Positions 27,232 through 36,100 of a stretch of 64,000 nucleotides of DNA are shown piece by piece. Made by a program: the position numbers and the translations under genes. The stretch spans positions 62,925 to 126,924 of the forward strand of contig CAZSGP010000006.1 in NCBI GenBank assembly GCA_964606485.1, read 5' to 3'. Origin of the DNA: an uncultured Planctomycetia bacterium (lineage in GTDB: Bacteria > Omnitrophota > Gorgyraeia > 2-02-FULL-51-18). Position 1 is the first letter of the stretch. Each line of letters starts with the position of its first letter. The notes beneath the pieces are model-generated. The model worked only from the letters and a program-made list of their open reading frames with translations. It did not search any database and was not told where the DNA came from.

Positions 27232-27633
27232 ATGTACACAGTCATTAAAGAAATCCATTTTTGTTACGGCCACCGCCTCATGAATTATGACGGCAAGTGC
27301 GCCCACCCTCACGGCCACAATGGCCGTGTCGATGTCGAACTCACCTCCAACAAGCTAGACAATCGCGGCATGGTCTTTGATTTTGGCGACATGAAAAAAA
27401 TTGTGCAGGCGTGGATCAATGAAAAGCTGGACCATCAGATGATTTTAAAAAAGGGCGACCCGCTTGTGGCGGTGCTCAAAAAAATGAATGAGCCTTATTT
27501 TGAAATGGACGAAAATCCTACCGCGGAAAGCCTGGCGAAACTGATTTTTAAATACGCCAAGTCAAAAAAATTACCTGTCTCGAAAATTACTTTCTGGGAA
27601 ACGCCGAGTTCGTCAGCGAGTTACGCGGAGTAA
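27232..27633 (+). CDS. queD: 6-carboxytetrahydropterin / 6-pyruvoyl-tetrahydropterin synthase family (QueD/PTPS)
   Basis: CxxxHGH motif (CAHPHGHNGRVDV), catalytic Glu/His region, 133 aa. Confidence 0.75.
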   Translation: MYTVIKEIHFCYGHRLMNYDGKCAHPHGHNGRVDVELTSNKLDNRGMVFDFGDMKKIVQAWINEKLDHQMILKKGDPLVAVLKKMNEPYFEMDENPTAESLAKLIFKYAKSKKLPVSKITFWETPSSSASYAE

Positions 27634-28179
27634 AATCCCTGCGGTTTTCTTGAAAGCCGCAAAAATTCCGAAGAACACGGCACTATAGAATAAATCGCCG
27701 GCGAGTGAATTTCTAAAAAACGGCAGAGCCATCACAAAACACTGCACGAGCCCAGCCGCTGTTTTGGGGTACATATTTTGAAAAATAAATACGCCAAGAT
27801 TCGAACCGATAAAAAATAAAACTGACGCGCCGATCGTACCAAAAAAAAGTGTTCCGAGTTTCACTCGGTTTCTGAGAAGAACGCCCAGTAAACTCACAAC
27901 CACAAAAAGTCCCCAGGTCAGCCAATAAAGCTCGTGCGGGCCAATCCAAAGATCGCTTGCGATCATCACAATCAGCGGAACGGTCAAAGAAATAAGCGGG
28001 TTGAGCGTAACCCCGCCAAACAGAGCAATGGCCGTCACGGGCGTAAAATTTGAAGGATGCGGCGCCACTCTTAAGGCAATACCGGCACAAATGAGACAAA
28101 GCGCTAAAAGGGTTTGACGATTATTTTCGGATTGTAAATTCATGGGCTTGATTGTAACAGGCAATTTGAAGTGAATCAA
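27613..28179 (-). CDS. Small polytopic membrane protein, ECF-transporter S-component-like (BioY/QueT-like)
   Basis: About 6 predicted TM helices, NFTPVTAIALFGG resembles the BioY PVPiTlQ motif; family assignment uncertain. Confidence 0.35.
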   Translation of the reverse strand: MIHFKLPVTIKPMNLQSENNRQTLLALCLICAGIALRVAPHPSNFTPVTAIALFGGVTLNPLISLTVPLIVMIASDLWIGPHELYWLTWGLFVVVSLLGVLLRNRVKLGTLFFGTIGASVLFFIGSNLGVFIFQNMYPKTAAGLVQCFVMALPFFRNSLAGDLFYSAVFFGIFAAFKKTAGILLRVTR

Positions 28180-28208
28180 TGGCCGGCCGAGGGGTATAAT
28201 GACACCCC

Positions 28209-28922
28209 ATGGCGGTTTTTATCTTCTTTTTTAGTCACATGTATCTAGCAACATTTTGCCAAAGTTTCTTTTTGCACCGTTACGCGTCCCACCGAATGTA
28301 TGTGTTTCCGATTTTTTGGGAACGTTTTTTTTATCTTCTGACTTATCTATCCATGGGCTTCCTGGACATGAGCCCCAAAGCATACGCGCTAATGCACCGC
28401 ATGCACCATGCGTATGCAGATACCGTCAAAGACCCTCATTCACCGATCATTTATAAAAATCCGTTCCGGTTATTCGGAAATACGGTTAAAGTTTTTTTAT
28501 CCCTCAAAAAATCCGGGTTCGCGGAAAGTCGGTTTTTAGGAGATCTTCCGGAATGGCCGTTTTTTGAACGGTGGTTTGGCAACAGTGTCGCGCGGGTCGT
28601 TTTATGTCTGGGTTATACGCTCTTTTACGTGCGCTTTGCCACAGCGCCCTGGATGTTTGCTCTTTTGCCCATTCATTTTTTGATGGGCCCACTCGGCGGA
28701 ACGATCACCAACTGGGTAACTCACCGCTCGGGCACTGCGGGCAACGTACTAAAAATTGATCTCATAGGCCTTGGGGAATTCATTCACAGCAACCACCATG
28801 CCTTTCCCCGGCGGCCGAATTTTGCCATCAAAAAATCCGAGTGGGATCCCGCTTATTCTGTAAGCGCTCTTTTTTCGTGCTTAAGAATCTTACGTTTCAA
28901 TGACGTCGAGAAAATGCGCTAG
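28209..28922 (+). CDS. Membrane fatty-acid desaturase family protein (acyl-CoA/acyl-lipid delta-9 desaturase-like)
   Basis: Three His boxes HRYASH, HRMHHAY, HSNHHAFP in the spacing characteristic of stearoyl-CoA-type desaturases. Confidence 0.65.
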   Translation: MAVFIFFFSHMYLATFCQSFFLHRYASHRMYVFPIFWERFFYLLTYLSMGFLDMSPKAYALMHRMHHAYADTVKDPHSPIIYKNPFRLFGNTVKVFLSLKKSGFAESRFLGDLPEWPFFERWFGNSVARVVLCLGYTLFYVRFATAPWMFALLPIHFLMGPLGGTITNWVTHRSGTAGNVLKIDLIGLGEFIHSNHHAFPRRPNFAIKKSEWDPAYSVSALFSCLRILRFNDVEKMR

Positions 28923-28924
28923 CC

Positions 28925-29515
28925 GTGAGCGAATTTCTGGGTAGAGTGCTTGGGTTTTTGTACCTAACATTCGCGCGATCCGTGAAAGAGAGAGCGGATG
29001 CACCAAATCTTTGGGATCCGCGTCAGAAAAAGAATTCGGAAAATGCAATTTACGTTTTTTGGCATTCAAAATCTTTCATCCTTCTTCCAGCAGCGCGAAA
29101 ACTCAATATCGGAATTTTGACGCTAGGCGATTGGAAGAATAAAATTTACGACGCGCTTTGCCGCAGTTTTGGCTACCAGACTATGTCAGCTAACGATGCC
29201 CCGACGGCGGCACTTTCTCTTAGAAATCTGCTTGAGAACGGGCATTCGGTTGGAATTGCACTAGACGGCCCGAAAGGCCCAGTGGGAAAAATGAAGCCCG
29301 GGGCTTTAAGCCTTGCAGTTTCAACTGGCCGGCCGCTCATCGCAGTCGATGTTTGCATTGAAAATAGTTTTCGCTTAAGATGGCGCTGGGATCAATTTGA
29401 AGTGCCGCTACCCTTCACAAAAGCCCAGGCTCATTTTAGCCAACCCATTCGAGTTAACGATTCGAATATAAAGGAAGTTGAAAAGATGATTTACCAGCAC
29501 TTAAAGAATATCTAG
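28925..29515 (+). CDS. Putative lysophospholipid-acyltransferase-superfamily protein (DUF374-like)
   Basis: About 196 aa, conserved FWHSKSF / GIALDGPKGP blocks, located in the lipid-synthesis cluster; weak assignment. Confidence 0.3.
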   Translation: MSEFLGRVLGFLYLTFARSVKERADAPNLWDPRQKKNSENAIYVFWHSKSFILLPAARKLNIGILTLGDWKNKIYDALCRSFGYQTMSANDAPTAALSLRNLLENGHSVGIALDGPKGPVGKMKPGALSLAVSTGRPLIAVDVCIENSFRLRWRWDQFEVPLPFTKAQAHFSQPIRVNDSNIKEVEKMIYQHLKNI

Positions 29516-29517
29516 TC

Positions 29518-30654
29518 ATGCACGCTTACGACCTACTCACCGCCGCAGGCCTGATCGCCGGCGCATTTTATCTATGGAATTCTCCTAGCTTGAAAGACGT
29601 GTCCGCTAGTCAGAAGCTGCTCGCCTTTTTTATTGCCTTTTGGGTGCAATCCATCGGTTCCATGATCATTCCGTTTATGTATCACTCACTCTACCTTCAT
29701 GAAGCGCTTTGGGTGGACATCTGGAAAAGATCGCCGGGCCGGTATTTCCACAGCGCGGCCCTTGCGAGCATTGCGTTTTGGGTCATCTGGTCAGCCGCCA
29801 AAAAACGCCCCTCTCGTCCTATTTTGGATGACCTTGCCATCACTATTTTGATTGTCAGTTCCATCGCCCGCATTGGCTGTTTTCTTCAAGGCTGTTGCGG
29901 CGGGAAAGCTGGCGCGTTTCCACCTCAAATCTACATGTTTGCAATGGAAACGGCTCTTTGGGTCGCTCTACTCATTTTTGACCGCAAGAAAAAACAGTAC
30001 GACAGCCAAGTTTTCTGGCTTGGCGTGTTTGGGTATTCGATTTATCGGTTTGGAATTGAGTTTGTCCGCACAAACCCAATTTTTTGGAACGGCCTCACCC
30101 ACGCGCAAGTGTTTTCAATTTTCACACTGGGTTTAAGCGGATTTTTTATTTATTTTCACCGCAACCCCGCGCGGAAAATTACCATCAATCCCAATCACAT
30201 TCTCTCGCCGGCAGACGGAACCATCATTGGCGTGGGCCAAGAAATTCCGGATCCCTTCGACAACCGCGCATGGCCCTGCGTTTCAATCTTTTTATCCATT
30301 TGGGATGTGCACATCAACCGCTCGCCGCTGGAAGCGACGGTCGAAGCGGTGAGCTATAAGCCGGGAGATTTTAAACTCGCTACCGATTTAAAAAATTTCG
30401 CACGCAATGAAAGCAACTGGCTTCTTCTGTCGGCGCAAGGCAAAAAATTCGTGGTCCGCCAAATTGCGGGACTTTTAGGCCGGAAAATTGTGTGCTCAAG
30501 TGAAAAAGGCGACGCGCTTAAACAGGGTGACGTGTTCGGGAGAATCCTTCTCGGCTCTGGCACTCAAGTTTATTTGCCGCAAGGGTATAAAATTTGCGTT
30601 AAAATGGGTGACAAAGTTAAAGCCGGAATAACCGTGATGGCTACTAAGGAATAA
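29518..30654 (+). CDS. Fusion protein: N-terminal Lgt-like (prolipoprotein diacylglyceryl transferase family) membrane domain + C-terminal phosphatidylserine decarboxylase (PSD) domain
   Basis: N-domain blocks FHSAALASIAFWVIWSAAKKRPSRP..DDLAITIL..ARIGCFLQGCCGG..YRFGIEFVR parallel E. coli Lgt FHGGLIGV..ARRTKRSF..DFIAPLIP..GRLGNFINGELWG..FRIIVEFFR. C-domain has PSD motifs ILSPADGTIIG and LGSGTQVYLP. Confidence 0.55.
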   Translation: MHAYDLLTAAGLIAGAFYLWNSPSLKDVSASQKLLAFFIAFWVQSIGSMIIPFMYHSLYLHEALWVDIWKRSPGRYFHSAALASIAFWVIWSAAKKRPSRPILDDLAITILIVSSIARIGCFLQGCCGGKAGAFPPQIYMFAMETALWVALLIFDRKKKQYDSQVFWLGVFGYSIYRFGIEFVRTNPIFWNGLTHAQVFSIFTLGLSGFFIYFHRNPARKITINPNHILSPADGTIIGVGQEIPDPFDNRAWPCVSIFLSIWDVHINRSPLEATVEAVSYKPGDFKLATDLKNFARNESNWLLLSAQGKKFVVRQIAGLLGRKIVCSSEKGDALKQGDVFGRILLGSGTQVYLPQGYKICVKMGDKVKAGITVMATKE

Positions 30655-30656
30655 GC

Positions 30657-31190
30657 ATGTTTCTTCTGCCTTCTTTTTTAACGTTTCTTAATTTATCAGC
30701 GGGAATTGTCTCGATTCTCTTTAGTATGAACGGGCAAATCCACCAGGCCTGTCTGTTCGTATTTTGGGGAGTGCTTTTAGACTCTCTGGACGGATGGAGC
30801 GCAAGATTACTCGACTGTGAGACAGATTTTGGAAAAACGTTTGATAGCATTTCCGATTTCGTATCGTTTGGACTCGCCCCGGCGTTTATTGCGCTCAATG
30901 TTCCAGGCGTGGGAACAAACCCTATTCTGCTTATTTGTGCTGCGCTTTACATTGCTTGCTCCGCGTTTCGGTTATTGCGCTTTCACCAAAATGGAATGAT
31001 TCAGAGCGAATCCGGTGCCCAACATTTTGAGGGCGTTCCCATCACGTTCAGCGGCGGATTTTTAAGTCTGCAAGTTCTTCTATTGCCCTATCACATTTAC
31101 CAGTGGGCTATTCTTTCGGGCTCCATGCTCACCTTGGCGCTCCTTATGGCAAGCCGCATTCCGATCCGCAAACCATCCCTTAAGCGGTGA
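30657..31190 (+). CDS. pssA: CDP-alcohol phosphatidyltransferase, probable phosphatidylserine synthase
   Basis: DSLDGWSARLLDCETDFGKTFDSISDFVSFG fits D-x2-DG-x2-AR...G-x3-D-x3-D; 177 aa; adjacent to PSD. Confidence 0.7.
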   Translation: MFLLPSFLTFLNLSAGIVSILFSMNGQIHQACLFVFWGVLLDSLDGWSARLLDCETDFGKTFDSISDFVSFGLAPAFIALNVPGVGTNPILLICAALYIACSAFRLLRFHQNGMIQSESGAQHFEGVPITFSGGFLSLQVLLLPYHIYQWAILSGSMLTLALLMASRIPIRKPSLKR

Positions 31191-32221
31191 GCTTTCAGGA
31201 AAAATTATTAAACTGGTTTCAAAAAAACCAGCGACCTCTCCCCTGGCGCAAAACCTACGAGCCCTACCAAGTTTGGGTGTCTGAAATCATGCTTCAACAA
31301 ACTCAAGTGGCGACTGCTCTTCCCTATTTTGAACGTTGGGTCAAAACATTTCCGACTCTTCGGAGCCTCGCCGAGAGTGACGAAAAAAAAGTTTTAAAGC
31401 ATTGGGAGGGGCTAGGCTACTATTCCCGCGCGAGAAATATCCATGAAACGTCGAAGCAAATCGTTAAAGATCACGGCGGAAAATTTCCAGAGGATTTCGA
31501 ATCGATTCTCAAATTAAAGGGCGTGGGGCGCTACACGGCCGGCGCCATTGCGAGCATTGCCTTTAATCAAGATAAGCCGATCGTGGATGGAAATGTTTTA
31601 AGAGTACTCGCGCGCCTATTTGCGATTTCAAAACCAATTGATGATTTAAAGTATCGCGAAGAATTTTGGGCACTTCAAGAATCACTGATTCCAAAAGGCA
31701 AAGCCCGCTTCTTTAATCAAGCTTTGATGGAACTCGGGGCACTTATTTGCACACCTAAAAATCCATCCTGTTTGATCTGCCCTCTGCAAAGTAAGTGCAA
31801 AGCCTTCAAGCAAAAATCTCAAGAGTCTTACCCGGTCAAATCAAAAAAGAAAATCATCGTAAAAGTTGAGGCTTGCGCCGCCATTCTTGAAAAGGACGGA
31901 AAATATTTTATCCATAGGCGACCGGTCGGAAAAATTATGGGCGGCTTATGGGAATTTCCAGAGTGGAAAATTTCAAAAGAAGAGCTATCGAGCTGTCTCA
32001 AAAACGACTTTGGGATTGAACCAAAGAAAATAGATTCTCTCGGAAAGATTAAACGCAATTACACTCACCATAATGAAACGTTAAACGTTTTTCGGATAAC
32101 TGTTTCGAAAAATCAAAAACTCTCACTCAAAAATAACTGGGAATCTGTTTGGATTTCAAAAGAGGACTTTAAAAAATACCCTTTTTCAGCGGCACATGCG
32201 AAGATTTCAAGATTAATCTAG
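31187..32221 (+). CDS. mutY: A/G-specific adenine DNA glycosylase MutY
   Basis: HhH-GPD motif LKGVGRYTAGAIASIAF, 4Fe-4S cluster CTPKNPSCLICPLQSKC, C-terminal NUDIX-like domain. Confidence 0.85.
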   Translation: MSFQEKLLNWFQKNQRPLPWRKTYEPYQVWVSEIMLQQTQVATALPYFERWVKTFPTLRSLAESDEKKVLKHWEGLGYYSRARNIHETSKQIVKDHGGKFPEDFESILKLKGVGRYTAGAIASIAFNQDKPIVDGNVLRVLARLFAISKPIDDLKYREEFWALQESLIPKGKARFFNQALMELGALICTPKNPSCLICPLQSKCKAFKQKSQESYPVKSKKKIIVKVEACAAILEKDGKYFIHRRPVGKIMGGLWEFPEWKISKEELSSCLKNDFGIEPKKIDSLGKIKRNYTHHNETLNVFRITVSKNQKLSLKNNWESVWISKEDFKKYPFSAAHAKISRLI

Positions 32222-33150
32222 TTAAGACCTAAGTTCCCCGCTCTTATGCCCACTGATCAAGACATCGCTCGGAGCGGTTCCGGTGGGAATGGTTTGAAGC
32301 ACGCTGTCCTTGTTTAAATCAATCAGGCTGACATTGGATGACAGTTGATTCGTCACATAAGCCTTGTTTCCTTCGGGAGTGATGGTGATTCCCATGGGCC
32401 GGGTCCCCACCTGAATGCGGGCTCTCTCCTCAAAATTTTTAAGATTGATCACGGAGATGGTGTTGTCGTTGCGGTTTGAGACAAGCAGAGTTGATTCCTT
32501 AGGATCAATTTCAATGGCATAGGGGCCATCTCCTACTTTGATTTCTTTTAGGAGATCTCCAGATTGGGTGTCGAGCGCTTTGAGAACTCCTTTGGAATAA
32601 TCGGTGACGTAAAGTGTTTTTTCATCTCTTGAAAGGTGAAGCCCCAAAGGTTGGTCGCCCGCTTTGAAGGTATTCATAATATTCCCAGATTTGGTGTCCA
32701 TTTTTGAAACCGTACCATCTAGCGTATTGGAAATAAAAAGCGTGTCTCCAGATTGAGTCATGGCCGCTTTCAAGGGCATTGAGCCATGTGTTGGAAAATT
32801 TTGGGTTTTTGAGGTCGCAAGATCCAGCACTTCAACGCTGTCGGTGAGTGAATTCGTCACATAAGCTTTCTGTTCGTCAGGGCTCAAAACCGCGTTGGAA
32901 GAACCTTCTGAAAATACGGTCTTTGATTTGGTATTAAAAGTATTGGTGTCAATTGAAGAAACTTTTCCATTTTGAGAGAAGAGATACACTTTATCGCTTT
33001 TTTTTGCGGCAACCAGATCCGCAGGAGCTTCTTTTATTGAAATATCTTGAATAGAGTCATTCACCTTTGCGCGCTTCACGTTCAGTCCGTCTTTAGTCAG
33101 GACGTAGACACCTCTCATATTGAGAGAAGTCTGAGAGGATAAAGGTTTCT
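32222..33150 (-). other. YVTN-family beta-propeller at C-terminus of the TpsA-like exoprotein
   Basis: Four or more YVTN-type repeats. Confidence 0.55.
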
Positions 33151-36100
33151 TATTCTCATCCAGCAACGCTCGGCTTTGAGCTTTTTCTCCGTCATAGACC
33201 ATACGACCATTAAAGTCGACGGCGCCTTCTTCAACTTCGAGCGTGCTTTTAGCGACGATGGGCGCGGTATTGTTAAGAGCGCCATTTGGCGAGACTGATT
33301 CCTGTAAATTTGGCAAAGATAAGTTTACTGTCGCTACAGAGCCCTGCACAGAACCTTCGGCTGCTTTTTCTGTGGAGCTCTCTTCGGATGTCTTTGACTC
33401 CGGATTTAAATCTTTCTTCTCTTCATCTTTCTTCTTATCTTCCGAAGAATCGATGAGGGATTCATTTTCTGAAAGTTCAGTCGATTGAATAGAGCTTGTT
33501 TGAGCGGGCTCGGAATTTGTCGAAAGCACCGGACTTGTGGAAAGAGAGCTTTCAATCGATCGCTGAGCCGGCTGTGGTTCAACTAAAGCGGGTTGATTCT
33601 GGCTATCTTGAATCCCCAAGTCTAGCGATGGGCCGGTGGGCGCCGCTGATGGAGCGGTGAGTTTTGTGTAGGAAGTGAAGGTGTACAGCGCTCCGTTAGC
33701 ATCTAGGGTATCGTCTATCCCCACCACAAGATTGTCAAACGGCACTGCCGCCTGATCCGTTGAGAGCTGAACCGTTTTGGAATCTCCATCAATGGTGACG
33801 TCTCCAAACGTCGCAAAATCGGCAGTGTTGTATGTGAGAGTCGAGGTTCCTGTTCCGTCCATAGTCCAGGAACCCGAGCCGCGAGTCAGCGAACCGCTAT
33901 TTCCGAAAGTCACGTTCCCAGCAGTCGTCATATTGGGATTATTCGTTGTTAAAACGAGAACCGCGTTGGTCACTGAGAGATCGCCGTTTACATCCAAATC
34001 TCCAAAACTTCCATCTACGACAAAATTACTAGCACCAAATGCCGCGGCAAGAGAAAGATTATTAAAAGCTTGGCTATTGGTTTTCATCTCTCGGTCCGCA
34101 AAGGAGTTTCCACCCCCTAATTGCACTGTGCCTTGTCTGGCTAAAAAGGTGTCTGACACAAACCAGCTGTTACCAATCACGAGTGAATTATTTTCAGCGG
34201 CATTTACATCCAAAATACCGGACGTTAGCGTCATGTCATAGCTTGTCGTTAAAGTGTCTTCCAAAAGAAAAGTAGTTTTTCCACCGGTCGCGCCATTAGT
34301 GTCATTAAAAACCACATTTCTAAAAGTTGCGCCACCCGAGGTGATGGTCTGTGTGCCGGAAGTTTTGTTGAAAGTAAACGTGCCGCCGCCATTATAAGTA
34401 CCACCCGTTTTGGTGAAGTCGCCGGTCAAGCTAATGTCATGAGAACCATCACTAAACGTTCCGTCCGTTTGCACATAATCATGGGTAATGCTAAAGTCAT
34501 TATAGGTTTCGGTTTGGCCCCCGCTCCCGCTAACGGTGAAGTTGTAAAAACTATTTCCCGTGCCACGGATTTCACTCACGCCGGTCCCATTAAAATTAAC
34601 AGTGCTAGTACCCGCGTTAAAAGTTCCTTGGTTGGTAAAATTTCCAGAGACGTTTATGGTGTTCGACCCTGCATTCGCCGTAGCACCGGATTGAATGCCG
34701 AGCATCCGAGTGGTGACGTTGCCGCCCGGCGTAAAGGTATTTCCGGTCCACACAATCAAATCGTATCCTGCGGTGAGTGTCAAATCTGACCCTGAGACCG
34801 AATAAAGAATGTCCGCATCATTCGCGGAACCCTTAGCGGCACTCAAGGTGGCATTTGTAATCACGCTTCCTGTTTCTGAGCGAACGATGACACTATTTTG
34901 ATACATGTCGAGACCAGTCACCGAGGACCCTGCTGCCACCGCAACAGTACTTCCTTCAAAACTCATCATGTCGCTGTTCATAAAAACCAGAACCTTGTCG
35001 CCACTTTGCAAGAATTTATTTAAACGGAAAAAATAAGCGCTGTTCGCGTCAGTGGTTACATCCGAGGCTGCCGACGCACCATTCACAAGCACCGACACGC
35101 TCACTCCCGCCCCTAAACCAAAAATTCCAAAACCCAAATCCGTATTAGCGTGCCCATAGACCACCGACTGCCAATCTAGATAAGGTCCAGCGATGTCTTC
35201 AGCCATAGTCCAGGTGCCCGAAAAATTGAACCCCGTGAAATTTGCCGCCTGTTTCATTTGAGCGGAGGTTAAGCTTGTAATATTCGCAATGTCTCCGTCA
35301 TCATCGGTATCGGTGTGCCCTGGGTTTACATCGGAGTCCCAGTAATTATTGGAGTAGGACCCGGCGTTATTCGTACCGACTAAGCCTCCTGACCCATTCG
35401 ACACGACGCTGGTTGTAAATGAAGTGTTGATCGTTCCGCTATTAATTCCGACCAGGCCGCCTGCGCCCCCAAGATTCGTCACGTTTCCGGTTGAGTAGGA
35501 ATTTGTAATGGTTCCTGAATTATTGCCCACCAATCCTCCGCCACCGCCGTTAAAACCACCGCCCACGCTGGCCGTCGAATAAGAATTTTGAATGGTTCCG
35601 ACGTTGTTGCCGACTAGCCCACCCTGTGCTCCCGTAACTCCGCCGGTTCCGCTAAAAATTCCAGTCGTAAAAGTATTTGAAATCGTAAAACCTTGGTTGT
35701 CACCGACAAGTATTGCGGAGTTACTCTGCGCTGAGACGTTGGCATTGACAAGCCCCACATTAGAAATTGTTTGGGAACTAGCTCCGGATGCATAACCAAT
35801 CAAGCCAACATAGTTTGTGAATGGTCGGTTAATATACAGATCAGAAATGACGTGATTACTCCCGTTGAAAGTCCCGGTAAACGGCGTGGTGTTGTCTCCA
35901 ACCGGTAGAAAGCCCGCCGTAAATCCGCTTCCCCACAAGGAGGTGCCCGCAGCATTGATATCATTGGCCAGCGCATAAGACGCAGATAAATTTCGGCTCA
36001 TCGCTTGCAAGCCGTACACATCGTAAATCGTGTAGGGATTACCACTCGTTCCAGCACCCGTAAAGCGGTTAAACGTTCCGCTGGAAACCGAAAAACTCCC

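Noticed and set aside
27713-28099. 128-aa ORF overlapping the 188-aa membrane protein gene in another frame
   Set aside because: The overlapping frame 27613..28179 encodes a coherent 6-TM protein; the alternative frame is Arg/Cys-rich with no features.
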